Shown here: positions 10,390 through 20,837 of the stretch, in pieces | Position numbering within the stretch: the first letter of the stretch is position 1 | How the letters are laid out: each line of letters begins with the position of its first letter | Source of the DNA: Candidatus Bathyarchaeota archaeon | Lineage (GTDB): Archaea > Thermoproteota > Bathyarchaeia > Bathyarchaeales > DTEX01 | Direction: 5' to 3' | DNA: 64,000 bases | NCBI GenBank assembly: GCA_963714275.1 | Contig: CAVQNT010000002.1 | Span: 160,001-224,000 of the forward strand | The notes under the pieces: model-generated | Told to the model about the DNA's origin: nothing | The model's input: only the letters and a program-made list of their open reading frames with translations | Database searches by the model: none | Made by a program: the position numbers and the translations under genes

Positions 10390-10662
10390 ACAAAAGCTGC
10401 AAATGCATAATTCATCTTGATTGTACGAATACTGGATTTTTTAGGGTTTATCGTGTTATTCTTACAGTTTGACCCAAAGGTCGAAAATCCACTCGTTGGG
10501 TGGCTTGTTTTCTTGCCAGTTAATATGTTCCTCGTAGCCGTCGACCTAGCCGTATTCCTCCTTCCTGAAACCCACATGTTCACGCTTGCTTTCTTCGAAC
10601 CACGCCCAAAGCTTCTGCCAAGCTTCCCCAATCTTTTTTAAATTCTTGACTTGAAGAACCGC

Positions 10663-10944
10663 TTAAGACCCTCCGGTGATTTCTTTCAGGTCAACGTCTC
10701 CTTCGGGCTTAACATCCTGCGCGATTGTTAAGAACTCGTAACCGTGAGGCTCCATGTTGTCAGTCGGATACGTATTTCTCCCGAACAAGCAGACGTCTTT
10801 CCTGACTGCTCCGTTGTGTTCAACCCAACCCATGAGTTTTTTGTTTGCGTCCTCCTCAGGCGTTTCGCTGAAGACATGAACATGAGCTGCACGCCTCGGC
10901 TTCAACTCTTCCAGCCTAACCTTCATCTCTTCCAAGTCTATCAA
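10663..10944 (-). pseudogene. GyrI-like/AraC effector-binding domain, apparently truncated
   Basis: VRLEELKP.RAA..HVFSETPEEDA..LFG.N..HGYEF..DLKEITGG, stopping where the domain normally continues (YAV...). Confidence 0.6.
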
Positions 10945-11027
10945 CCTCGACCTTTACCATTCTATTAACGAATTTCTTAAAATTTTTGTTTTGCGCTGAA
11001 CCCTAAACAATTCTGGAGATGACCTAA

Positions 11028-12089
11028 TCATGTTGAACCTATGCCGCGGTTGTGCAAGCGTTCGCGTTCCCAAACTGCGAAGTCTAATGGCGGATTCACG
11101 ATTTCTTCTTTCGGCTTCAGGTGAAGTTTCGCAGCGCCGTTTGGGCATCCCGTAACGCAGAGTCCGCATCCTATGCACCGTTTTCGGTCCACAACGGCTA
11201 CGCTATCCTGTTCAGAGATGGCTTTTACTTGGCACCGTTTTATGCATGTTCCGCATCCCACGCATTCGTCGCGGTCAATTTCGGAATAGTAGTTGGCGTA
11301 GGCGACGGAGTTCTGTATGCCCCAATCGTTGATACCTCTGAGAATTCCGCAGCAGCAGCCACAACAATTGCAGACGTACGAAAAATCCTTCATTACGTTG
11401 CTTACAGTGTGTACCAGCCCAATCTTCTCAAACTCGTCCAACAGAGCCAAAGCTTCCTCCTTCGAAACGTCTTCAGGTCTAGGCAGACGCTCATACGCTG
11501 AGAAACTCAGGCAAGTCTTAACTGGGAAACTGCATCTTCGACTTTGAAGAAGGTCTTGCTGCACACGGCAGATGCAGTCCCGAAGACTGAACGTCTTTTG
11601 TGATATAAGCAACGCTTTAACGTCGTCGTAGGGGAGAATCCACTCCGACTTCACTGCAGTTTGCGAAGGAATAACGCGATGCAAAGCAGGCTGTGGCTTC
11701 ATTATTCCCTCCGCTCCACCCTCAGCAAAATATTCCTCGACCAAATGAGCAAACTCATGGTTCATCGTGTGCAACTGCGACTCGAAGAACCCAACGACGA
11801 AAGGCGCCAGTCTAAACAGAGAAACACCATCAACCGCATCATACCAAATTAAGCCACGCCCAGCCATTCCCATCAATACGGTTTTTAGCTTCGCAGTGGT
11901 TTTGCCGACCCGTTTGGCTATATCATCAACAGATTCATATTTACCGCTAAGTTGACTTACCAAAGTAGCCTCCTCAAGCGAGAAAATCATTTTCAGAATG
12001 GCAATCTCAACGCCCGATTTTGTTCTCGGAAACCCGTTAGGAAGCTTGTCCAAAGCATAAGCAAGCTTCTCGTAAGCATCTTCTTTCAT
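11028..12089 (-). CDS. 4Fe-4S binding protein (N-terminal wHTH-like region, Cys-rich core, C-terminal 2x[4Fe-4S])
   Basis: CICR, CNCCGCCC, CVGCGTC..RC, CIGCGLC..GCP. Confidence 0.9.
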   Translation of the reverse strand: MKEDAYEKLAYALDKLPNGFPRTKSGVEIAILKMIFSLEEATLVSQLSGKYESVDDIAKRVGKTTAKLKTVLMGMAGRGLIWYDAVDGVSLFRLAPFVVGFFESQLHTMNHEFAHLVEEYFAEGGAEGIMKPQPALHRVIPSQTAVKSEWILPYDDVKALLISQKTFSLRDCICRVQQDLLQSRRCSFPVKTCLSFSAYERLPRPEDVSKEEALALLDEFEKIGLVHTVSNVMKDFSYVCNCCGCCCGILRGINDWGIQNSVAYANYYSEIDRDECVGCGTCIKRCQVKAISEQDSVAVVDRKRCIGCGLCVTGCPNGAAKLHLKPKEEIVNPPLDFAVWERERLHNRGIGST

Positions 12090-12170
12090 GTTAGGTGACC
12101 AATCCTTATTCGAAAACACTATTAATAAAATCTTGGAAAGCTTAAATCCGTTGCTGCGGATGGAAGTATT

Positions 12171-13349
12171 ATGCCAAGGTTTTCAAGCACACTGGACAAG
12201 GTGCCCAAGTACCCCTTTGCCAGGGTCAGCCAGCTCTCAAGGGAAGTTCAGGAAAGAGACGGAGTAAACGTGGTCAACGTCAGAATTGGGATACCTGACA
12301 AGGAAGCCCCTGAAACAATCAAGAGGCTAATGTCTAAGTTTATTCTCGAAAAAAACTCAACCTTCGGCTACCCGTGCGACACTCACCCAGAGCGGGGAAT
12401 CCCTGAACTTGTGGATGCCATCATCCAGCACTACGATGAGAGACACGGCGCAAACCTGAAACCCGAAAACATCGCTGTCACAAGCTGGACCAAAGAAGCC
12501 CTCCACAACATCGCGCGGCTTTTCGGCGAAGGACGCGGAGTGGTGCCGGTCCCAGTGTATCCCGCTTATGTGGCTGGGATACTGCTTTCAGGCCACGAAC
12601 CGAAGACTGTTCCTACGTCCGAGGAAACGGGCTGGCTTCCGAACATGAAGTTTGAGAAAGAGGACGTCTTCTTCTATTTTTGTGACCCCAACAATCCCAC
12701 GGGTGCCATTGCAAAACGGGAATACTATGATGATTTATTAAAAAAAATGGTTAGGCACGACATGGGAGGCATATTCGACAAAGCCTACAAGGATTACACT
12801 TTCGACGAAAACGTGAAGCCCTTGTCCATAACCGAAATTCCAAGCATGATGAACTACGGCTTCGAGGCGGTTTCTCTTTCGAAACACTGCAACTTCGTAG
12901 GCATCGGGCTTGGGTGGATAGTCAGCAGCAAAAACAACATAGACAGATGGCTCAAGCTCTCAAGCCAGTACAGCCAAGGCGTCGCATGGTACGAACAGAA
13001 AGCAGGCGTCGAAGCCCTCACGAATCCCGACGTAAAAAAGGAAATCAGGGACTACATGCAAGAAGTGAAACAGAGAAAAGACACCTTCGTTAACGGTCTC
13101 AACAAGCTAGGATTCAAATGCAAGCCACCAAAAGCGACTCCGTACCTGTTCCCAAGGATTCCAGAAGCGTTCAAAGACAACGACGAACATTTCGCTCTGA
13201 AGACACTTCTGGAAAAAGCGCACGTCGCAACGATGCCTGGCTCCTATTTCGGGGAAAGTGGCAAAGGACACATCCGGGTCACATTGTTCCAGCCTAAACC
13301 CGTGATTGAGGAAGCCCTCAGAAGAATAGACGAAATTCGAGACTGGTAA
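12171..13349 (+). CDS. PLP-dependent aminotransferase class I/II (LL-DAP aminotransferase-like)
   Basis: YPFA N-terminus, PNNPTGA, DKAY, SLSK (PLP Lys), PGSYFGE.GKGHIR. Confidence 0.9.
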   Translation: MPRFSSTLDKVPKYPFARVSQLSREVQERDGVNVVNVRIGIPDKEAPETIKRLMSKFILEKNSTFGYPCDTHPERGIPELVDAIIQHYDERHGANLKPENIAVTSWTKEALHNIARLFGEGRGVVPVPVYPAYVAGILLSGHEPKTVPTSEETGWLPNMKFEKEDVFFYFCDPNNPTGAIAKREYYDDLLKKMVRHDMGGIFDKAYKDYTFDENVKPLSITEIPSMMNYGFEAVSLSKHCNFVGIGLGWIVSSKNNIDRWLKLSSQYSQGVAWYEQKAGVEALTNPDVKKEIRDYMQEVKQRKDTFVNGLNKLGFKCKPPKATPYLFPRIPEAFKDNDEHFALKTLLEKAHVATMPGSYFGESGKGHIRVTLFQPKPVIEEALRRIDEIRDW

Positions 13350-13416
13350 CACCCATAGTTTGTTAGGAAGCCAGAGTAACGGCGTCATTTTAATCAGTAA
13401 AGAAGGAACATTGCGG

Positions 13417-13614
13417 ATGGCTCAAACGGGATTCAACGCTCATCTCGAATGGATCAGGTCAGCTGAAAAAGCAGTCAAAGAAGGCAATTACGAGTCCGCA
13501 GCCCGACTTTTCCTTCACGTCAGCACGTACTATGGCGTCGTCAACGATGAACCCAACAGAAAGCCAGCTCACTGGCTTGACCTACGCAATCTGCGAATCG
13601 GCATGTCTCGGTAA
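13417..13614 (+). CDS. Short helical (TPR-like) hypothetical protein, possibly truncated
   Basis: AEKAVKEGNYESAARLF helix pair; no other support. Confidence 0.4.
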   Translation: MAQTGFNAHLEWIRSAEKAVKEGNYESAARLFLHVSTYYGVVNDEPNRKPAHWLDLRNLRIGMSR

Positions 13615-13703
13615 ACCTGTCAATGTCAGCGATGTTGAGAATGGTAAAATATCCAGTTACCAACAGACGATCAACCAAGCTTGGAACATAGACTGAGATG
13701 CGT

Positions 13704-15116
13704 CTATCGCACGAAATAGTCGCCGAGACCGCTTTGCTTTCTCGTTTCTTGCCACTTTGACCTTATTACTTTTATTTTGTCCACGAAGTAGTTCAATTGT
13801 TCGAGCCTCAAATCCTGAGGGTTCACGGTCTTATCTTCCCTGAGTCGCACTTTGTAGGGACGCAGAGACGTAGCCTTGACTGTGCCGACCTTAATGTACC
13901 GATTGCCGTTTAACTGGTAAACTGGCCTTTCCCTGTCGACGTAAAGTTGGTCGCCTTGATACGACACCTCAACAATAACCTCAGGCTTAACCCACAGGTA
14001 CCTGCTGTCTTCGTAAAGTGGCTCAACAAGGTCAAGAATCGGCGAAATCGACGAAATTTGCGCTCCATCCGCCATATCCACAAAACCTCCGTCCGGCGTC
14101 ATCAACGCAATCTTTGCTCCCAAAACTGGTCCCGCGGATTCAGTGATGGGTCCACCGCATACAGGGCATGAGACAATGTTTTTTGTTGAAACCCACAGGT
14201 CATTTTGTGCTTTGTCTTTGAGCAAGCGACCCTTAGGATCGAACCACTCGGACTTTTTTACAACTCCTTCTCTGGCGAGCTTTCTAAGCCACAATGTGTC
14301 AAATTTTGCCCCACACTTTTCGCATATCGGTCGGTCATTACCCGACAATCTGAAGGCAATGATTACTACGTCCAAGGTGTCTCTGAACTTAATCTTGTAT
14401 TCCTCGCCATTCTCTGTGTGCATCACCAACCCTTCGAACCGTCTTTCGCCGACGAATGTGTTCCAAAAATCTTGTATCAACCCATAGGAATTCTGAAAGT
14501 TGCCCTCAACCTCGAGATAGTCCGGAAGATGAACTGCACCGCTGTCGCATCCCTCTTGAAAACCGAAGTCGTCTCGAAGCCTCTTGAACCGTTCAATGTA
14601 CTTTTGTTCTGGCTTATCGAAGCTACCGTCTTCCCCCATTTTTGCATAGTCGAAGACAGCCAGTTTTATTCTGTCCACGTCTTCAACGGAACGGGGATTT
14701 TTGATGATGCTCATGGCATAGTTGAAGTCGGTCATGAAGCTTTTGTCACCAATTTTTCGCACAACGTAGGTTTCCGCTAAAAAAGCAAGGTCCCTGAATT
14801 CTCTCAAATGAGAATTGAAATACTCGATTACTGGGTGTTTTCTGTCGTCAGCCAAAGAAAAGTAGCATCGTCCTCTGGGACCCCAAGCGACGAAGCCGCC
14901 TCTCTTCTCGTTCCACATTACGACCGACAGCATCCCATTGTATTTTACCTGAACAATTCCGCCCATGTCTGACGGAAGAGGTGGCATACGGTCTTTGACA
15001 GCGAAGCCATACTGCGACATAGCAGGCTTCAAGACGCTTAGGCGAGTGCAAAAATCCCTTTCAGAAGTGCCGTTTTCGAAATGCTCTTGACCGAAGAACT
15101 TTTGGTTATATCGCAT
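13704..15116 (-). CDS. Divergent ATP-dependent DNA ligase-like nucleotidyltransferase with OB fold and Zn-ribbon insert
   Basis: Motif I KYNG, IIIa AVFDY, IV FEGLVM, V YKIKFRDTLDVVI, VKPEVIVEVSY, VI RLREDK; CEKC...CPVC insert. Confidence 0.8.
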   Translation of the reverse strand: MRYNQKFFGQEHFENGTSERDFCTRLSVLKPAMSQYGFAVKDRMPPLPSDMGGIVQVKYNGMLSVVMWNEKRGGFVAWGPRGRCYFSLADDRKHPVIEYFNSHLREFRDLAFLAETYVVRKIGDKSFMTDFNYAMSIIKNPRSVEDVDRIKLAVFDYAKMGEDGSFDKPEQKYIERFKRLRDDFGFQEGCDSGAVHLPDYLEVEGNFQNSYGLIQDFWNTFVGERRFEGLVMHTENGEEYKIKFRDTLDVVIIAFRLSGNDRPICEKCGAKFDTLWLRKLAREGVVKKSEWFDPKGRLLKDKAQNDLWVSTKNIVSCPVCGGPITESAGPVLGAKIALMTPDGGFVDMADGAQISSISPILDLVEPLYEDSRYLWVKPEVIVEVSYQGDQLYVDRERPVYQLNGNRYIKVGTVKATSLRPYKVRLREDKTVNPQDLRLEQLNYFVDKIKVIRSKWQETRKQSGLGDYFVR

Positions 15117-15198
15117 TGTTCCACACTATTTTTAAATGACTGTCATTTAGACTATTTTACTTTAGCCAACAATAAATCATAGAGAGTTAAGTCAAGTT

Positions 15199-17180
15199 CT
15201 AAAGAGTAAGCAAAATCGGCGCAATGAGCAGCGCAGTCATATTTGTCAGCTTCATGAAAATGTTTAGTGATGGTCCAGCGACATCTTTCAACGGGTCGCC
15301 GACAGTGTCACCAATTACAGCAGCAGCATGTGTGGGGGTACCCTTCATCCAAAAATCTCTCTCAATATGCTTTTTAGCGTTGTCCCACATTCCACCACCA
15401 AACGTGAAGAAAGGCGACAAAAGCGCAGAAGATGTTAGTCCTCCAAGAAGCATGGCACCTAAAGCGTATTTTCCGAGTAGAAGTCCCACGACGATTGGGG
15501 ACGCGATTGCCAGTAGCCCAGGCGCTGTCATCTGTTTAAGGGCGTTTCTGGTGCCTATGTCAACGCATCTAGCGTAGTCAGGTTTTGCTTTGCCTTCAAT
15601 AATGTCAGGATTCTCTTTGAATTGTCTCCGCACCTCGTCGACCATTTGTAATGCCGTTTTTCCTGTAGCCCCTATGGCGAGAGACGAGAAAATGAAGGGA
15701 AGAGTAGCGCCTAACAGTAGCCCAACTATCATGATGGGACTTAAAAGACCTAAGCTAACATTGTAGAGTTTCACAAGTTCCCCGTAAGTGGCAAAAATCT
15801 CGACTGTGGAAACGGTGCCGGACGCCGTGGCAAAAGCTTTCGTGTAAGCCTTAGTCGTGTTACCCAAAGCATCCAACTCTTCAAGCGCTCCGCCGTTGTG
15901 TGTTTTGGCTCCAACCATCTGCGCTATGCCTGCGGCGTTGTCAGTTATGGGTCCAAACGCGTCGCTTGACATTATGATGCCTATCGCGAGGTCCGTGCCG
16001 AGGTTCGCTGCGACTATTCCGTAAAGTGAACCGTTCGTTATGTAATAAGAAAACATTATGGACGACAGCACAAAAAGGATTGGCAAAAACGGGCTTTGAA
16101 AAGCATAAGACAAGCCTGTAATGATGGTGATGGCTGGTCCGCGCTCAGAGGATTCCGCTATGCCCTTCACGAATTTTCCATCAATTCCTGTGTAGTACTG
16201 AACAACAATGCCGACTGCGAGGCTGGCCACCAAGCCACTGACCACCGCGAAAAATATGGTCATGTCATTAAGAAGAACCCAAGATGACACAAAAGTACCG
16301 AGGGCAGCAAAAACCGCGGTTATGAAAAGACCCAAATTAAAGGTGTGAACTGGCTTAGTTTTTTTCAGTTACTTAATGACGAAGACGCCGATGATTGTTG
16401 CCACGATTCCGGAGACTCCGAGCATCAAGGGAAAAAGCAGAGCGTTAGTTCCTTGGGAGCCTAGAAGTATGGTGCCTATGATCATGGCTGTTATGTAGTC
16501 GTCGCTTATGGACTCGAAAAGGTCGGAGCCTCTTCCCGCACAGTCGCCTTCGTTGTCGCCTACTAGGTCAGCGATCACAGCTGGATTACGCGGATCATCC
16601 TCCGGAATACTCTGCTCAATCTTACCAACGATGTCTGCTCCAATGTCAGCAGCCTTAGTGAATATGCCGCCTCCCAACTGAGCGAAAAGCGCTGTCAAGC
16701 TTGCGCCAAAACCATAACCAACAATCATGGCGGGGTCTATATGAAGCAAATAAAGCAGGCTTACCCCAAAAAGGCTCAGCCCCACAACGGACAACCCATC
16801 ACTGCGCCTCCGCTGAAAGCCATCGTAAAAGCCTCCGCGGAAGAGGTCGTCGCCGCATGGGTTGTTCTAACGTTGGTTCTGACCGCAATGCGTAAGCCAA
16901 TGTAAGCTGCAAGTAAAGAAAAGAAGGCACCAAACAAAAACGAAACGACCATGGTCACGTTTCTGAAAAAAAGTGCCAACGGAATAATCAGCAAGGCGAC
17001 AATGATGGCGATGGTTCGGTACTGGCGTCTTACGAAGGCTCGGGTTCCGTCCTCAATGTAATCCGCAATCTCAATCATCTGCGGCGAACCGGCAGGTGCC
17101 TTGCTGATGGACCAAGCTAAATAGGCAACAACGAACATGGCAAGGGCTCCGACAGTCAACGCAAGCCAAGCAAGGTCCAT
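15199..17180 (-). CDS. hppA: Membrane-bound H+/Na+-translocating pyrophosphatase (two frameshifts, near 16790 and 16350)
   Basis: GGGIFTKAADIGAD, IPEDDPRNPAVIADLVGDN, DAFGPITDNA.GIA, GNTTKA, GG.WDNAKK, GDTVGDPLKD..GPS. Confidence 0.95.
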
Positions 17181-17296
17181 TTCCCACAGTTGCTCCTGCT
17201 CCTTTCAATAATAATAAGCCTTTTTTTTCTTAAACTAAACGAAAGGAGGTATAAACACCGCCTAATAAACCTAATTAAATTATATTCAAATTGAAA

Positions 17297-17397
17297 TGGC
17301 GGGTCCGCTGGGATTTGAACCCAGGGATCTCCGGCTCCGGAGGCTTGCGCGCTTTTATTGTGGCTCGGCGCCTTTATCCTGGCTGGGCCACGGACCC
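17297..17397 (-). tRNA. tRNA-Arg(CCG) with a 21-nt non-canonical intron at position 29/30 (17345-17365); CCA encoded
   Basis: GGGTCCG/CGGACCC acceptor stem followed by G-CCA; D-loop AGCCAGGATA; after splicing the anticodon arm is CCGGC-CT-CCG-GA-GCCGG; T-arm CTGGG-TTCAAAT-CCCAG; BHB central helix GCGC/GCGC. Confidence 0.9.
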
Positions 17398-17427
17398 GTT
17401 TTGTTTGTCTTTATAATAACATGAAGG

Positions 17428-17934
17428 TTATGTGCTAGTTTCTATTAGTTCCTCGTTAAACCACCACGCCTTTCTTTTACCAGCCTTTTCTCCGCCAAAG
17501 TATTCGATGACGGGTTTTCCAAGTTCCTTTTTAGATCGGCTCATTATCCGTTTTAAGCGGTTGAGGATCAGCCAGCGATTGATTTTTAGGGCTTCCGCCA
17601 GTTCAGGGGTTGTTGCACCGTTGTAGTGGATCAGGTAGTCGACGATATCGTGGTCAATCTTGTCGACGCAGAACGCGTGGGGATTGATTTTTCCTCTTTC
17701 GTAAGTTAAAACCTCAAGGTCGGCTAGACTCTTCTTTATCGCAGAAACATCGTCTTCCGTCTTGCGAATCCTTTCTTCGAGCTCGAGGATTCTGTCTGGA
17801 CGCGGAGTCTTTTGAAGCTTCTCGATTATGGCGTCGCGGATGAGGCTGCTTCTTTCTCCTTCTGGCCAACGCAAAGCCATCTCGTCGTAAATGTCTCGAG
17901 GTATCTTCGCTGAAATTGTAACCGTTTCTGACAT
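17428..17934 (-). CDS. Putative regulator: ribbon-helix-helix + coiled coil + winged HTH
   Basis: VTISAKIPRDIY...RSSLIRDAIIEKL (RHH); ILELEERIRK (coiled coil); IVDYL..GATTPELAEAL (wHTH). Confidence 0.75.
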   Translation of the reverse strand: MSETVTISAKIPRDIYDEMALRWPEGERSSLIRDAIIEKLQKTPRPDRILELEERIRKTEDDVSAIKKSLADLEVLTYERGKINPHAFCVDKIDHDIVDYLIHYNGATTPELAEALKINRWLILNRLKRIMSRSKKELGKPVIEYFGGEKAGKRKAWWFNEELIETST

Positions 17935-18055
17935 TTTAAACTCTGCACTCTGGGCTTCTTTGTGTCAAGCAATAGGTTTCACTGAAGCCCTATTAAACCT
18001 TAACAGCCAACACAGAAAACAATGCTTGAGCAAAAAAATACGGATTTTTTGGGAG

Positions 18056-18250
18056 TTACCGCGGTATTTTTATGGAAAATTTATTTTTGGACGAAGCCCC
18101 CACGTCAACGTTCATGGGCGACAAAGACAGCTTAGTGCCACACTTGGGGCATTTTCCTTCATGCACCTGCAAAATTTCTTCGGGAGACCTCAGTTCTTCG
18201 CCTTGATACAGAACATAACCACATTGGTGACAGTTAACCTTCTGAGGCAA
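18056..18250 (-). CDS. Small Zn-ribbon protein
   Basis: CHQCG...CPKCG in a ~64-aa ORF divergent from topA. Confidence 0.7.
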   Translation of the reverse strand: MPQKVNCHQCGYVLYQGEELRSPEEILQVHEGKCPKCGTKLSLSPMNVDVGASSKNKFSIKIPR

Positions 18251-18439
18251 CTTCCCAACCTCTTTAAGTGGTAATGAACAGAAATAAGGATGACTCTGCC
18301 TAATAAGGACCACGGAAACGCATATTTATCAGCCGCAAAACTAAATAACCACAACTTTAAGAGGCTAACTGACTCACAACCCGTTCTGGATGCCATAAAA
18401 TTGCTATGAAAGGTGCAGGTTTGAAAGAGGAAAACGCAG

Positions 18440-20519
18440 TTGGCTACACAAAACGTTTTTGTGCTGTGCGAGAAGCCGAGTACCGCTGAACGCATCGCAA
18501 AAGCTTTAGACGAAAATGGCAAACCTCAGAAAAAAGAGACCGACCGGGTTCCGTATTATGAAACTTTCCGTGTCGGCAAGAGGCTGATTGTTGTCGCTGC
18601 ATTAGGGCACCTTTACACTGTCGCTCCGAAGGTAACTGACCGCAACGTTTACCCAGTTTTCGAGTTTGATTGGGTCCCACGATACACTGTTGAAAGGGAC
18701 GCCAGAGACACGAAGAAGTGGGTCGAAGTCATCACGAACCTTTCTAAGGGGGCGCAAGAATACATTTTGGCAACAGACTACGACATTGAAGGAGCAACAT
18801 TAGGATACACCATTCTCAAATATGCCTGCGGAGAAAAAGACAAAGAAGCCAAAAGGATGAAGTTTTCAACACTTACCGCTGAAGAGCTGAGAAAATCGTA
18901 TGATGAGCTCTTTGAACACATCGAGTTCCCGACGATTGAGGCTGGAGTCTGCCGCCACTTCCTAGACGCAATGTACGGCATTAACCTTTCCCGAGCGATG
19001 ACCGTCGCCGCGAAACAGTACAGCGGAAAATACCTCACTCTCAGCACAGGCAGAGTTCAGGGACCAACATTAAAGTTCCTTGTGGACCGAGAGAAAAAAA
19101 TCAACACTTTCGTCACTATTCCTTTCTGGGCAATAAAGACGTCAGTTGAAATAAACGGGCAAGTCTTCGAGGTTGAGTACGAAAAAGCCGAGATGCAAAG
19201 CCGAGAAGAAGCCGAAGCCGTTGTTAACGCGTGCCTCGGAAAAAAAGGCAAAATTTCGAAGATGGAAGTAAAAAAGTTCCATCAGAACCCGCCTGAGCCT
19301 TTTGACTTAGGTGCCCTTCAAGCTGAAGCTTACAGTTTTTTCAAGTATACACCTAGGCGAACCTCTGACGTCGCTGAAAGACTATACTTGGAAGCCTTGA
19401 TATCCTACCCGAGAACATCAAGCCAGAAACTGCCACCAACAATCAACAGCCGAGCCATTCTTGAATTATTAGCTAACGAGCCAAAATACACGAGCTTAGC
19501 CCACCAGCTTCTTAGCGAAAAAAAACTTGTCCCAAACGAAGGAAAAGGAGAGGACTCAGCGCATCCCTCGATTTACCCGACGGGCATTCTCCCAAGCAAA
19601 GCCTTAGGCGACCCTGAAAGGAAGATTTGGGACCTTATTGTGAGGAGGTTCATGGCTGTTTTCAGCAAACCAGCTTTAAAGCAAAGTGCAAAGGTCACGA
19701 TAACGGTAGACGGCTACTCGTTCTTTTTGCACGGCAAGCAGGTTTTAGAAGAAGGCTGGATGGTTTTCTACAAACCTTTCATACGGGCTGAAGATGTTAT
19801 TCTTCCGCCTTTAGAGAAGGGACAAGAGATTGCGTTTAAAGAGGTTGTTGTGGAAGACAAGTTTACGAAGCCTCCTGTTAGGTACAATCCGAGCAGTTTG
19901 CTCAAGAAAATGGAGGACGAAGGCATCGGAACAAAGGCTACGAGAGCAGGCATAATCGACACGCTTTACACCCGTGGATATGTAGGTGGAGAAAGGGCTT
20001 CCATCTCAGAGTTAGGGCTTGACGTGACCAACATTCTTGAAAGGTACTGCCCCGAGGTCGTCTCAATAGAGCTTCACGAGAGAAATAGAGAAAAACATGG
20101 AGGAAATTCAGAACGAAAAAGAAAAAAAAGACGTTGTTATCGCAAAAGCCACCATCCGGTTGGAGCCAGTTCTGACCGAAATGAAGAAACATCAGGAAAC
20201 GATGGGGCAAGAGCTCACTGAGGCTGCGAAAAAAGCCCAAATGCAGCAACGAGTCGTCGGCAGCTGCCTGCAGTGTGGAACAGGCAAACTTGTCATCGTT
20301 TACTCTCGGCGAACGGGCAAACGTTTCTTGGGCTGCACGGGCTTCTTTAAAGGACAATGCAAGGTTTCTTTTCCTCTTCCGCAAACGGGCACCGTTAAGC
20401 CAGTCAGCAAAGACTGCGGCGTTTGCGGATGGCCTATGATTCAGTACCAAACAAAGGGTAAACGACCTTGGGTCTTCTGCGTTCGACCTGATTGCCCATC
20501 CAAGGAGGCTAGAAGATAG
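18440..20519 (+). CDS. topA: Type IA DNA topoisomerase (frameshift near 20075) with C-terminal Zn fingers
   Basis: EKPS, GHL, ATDYDIEG (Toprim), STGRVQGP, ISYPRT (catalytic Tyr), GIGTKATR; C-terminal CxxC motifs. Confidence 0.96.
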
Positions 20520-20768
20520 GTGCAATGCGAAATCTGCGGCAGAAAGTCCGAGGGCAACTTCTGCGAACTGCATAAAGCAGCCTACGACAATTTGCTGAAA
20601 AACTACGAAGCATGGAAGAAGTCCATGAAAGTTTCGTGGAAAGAATATCTGACGCATATAAAGGTCAATGAGTTTTCAGGCCTTTGGGTCAAGGAGGTTG
20701 CTCAGCACCTTTTGGCTTCAGACTCATCGAAACAACAGGGCGTCCAAAAAGCCGAATTAGATAAGTAA
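20520..20768 (+). CDS. Hypothetical Zn-finger protein coupled to topA
   Basis: CEIC...CELH; starts immediately after the topA stop. Confidence 0.7.
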   Translation: MQCEICGRKSEGNFCELHKAAYDNLLKNYEAWKKSMKVSWKEYLTHIKVNEFSGLWVKEVAQHLLASDSSKQQGVQKAELDK

Positions 20769-20837
20769 GGTTTAAATTTGGACTCGTTTCTATATGACAC
20801 ATCCACATAACGGACAGAACTAACTGCGTAGTAAAAT

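Noticed and set aside
10386-10641. Overlapping small ORFs (basic 81 aa on the minus strand, hydrophobic 74 aa on the plus strand)
   Set aside because: Neither has a recognisable motif and I cannot decide which, if either, is real.
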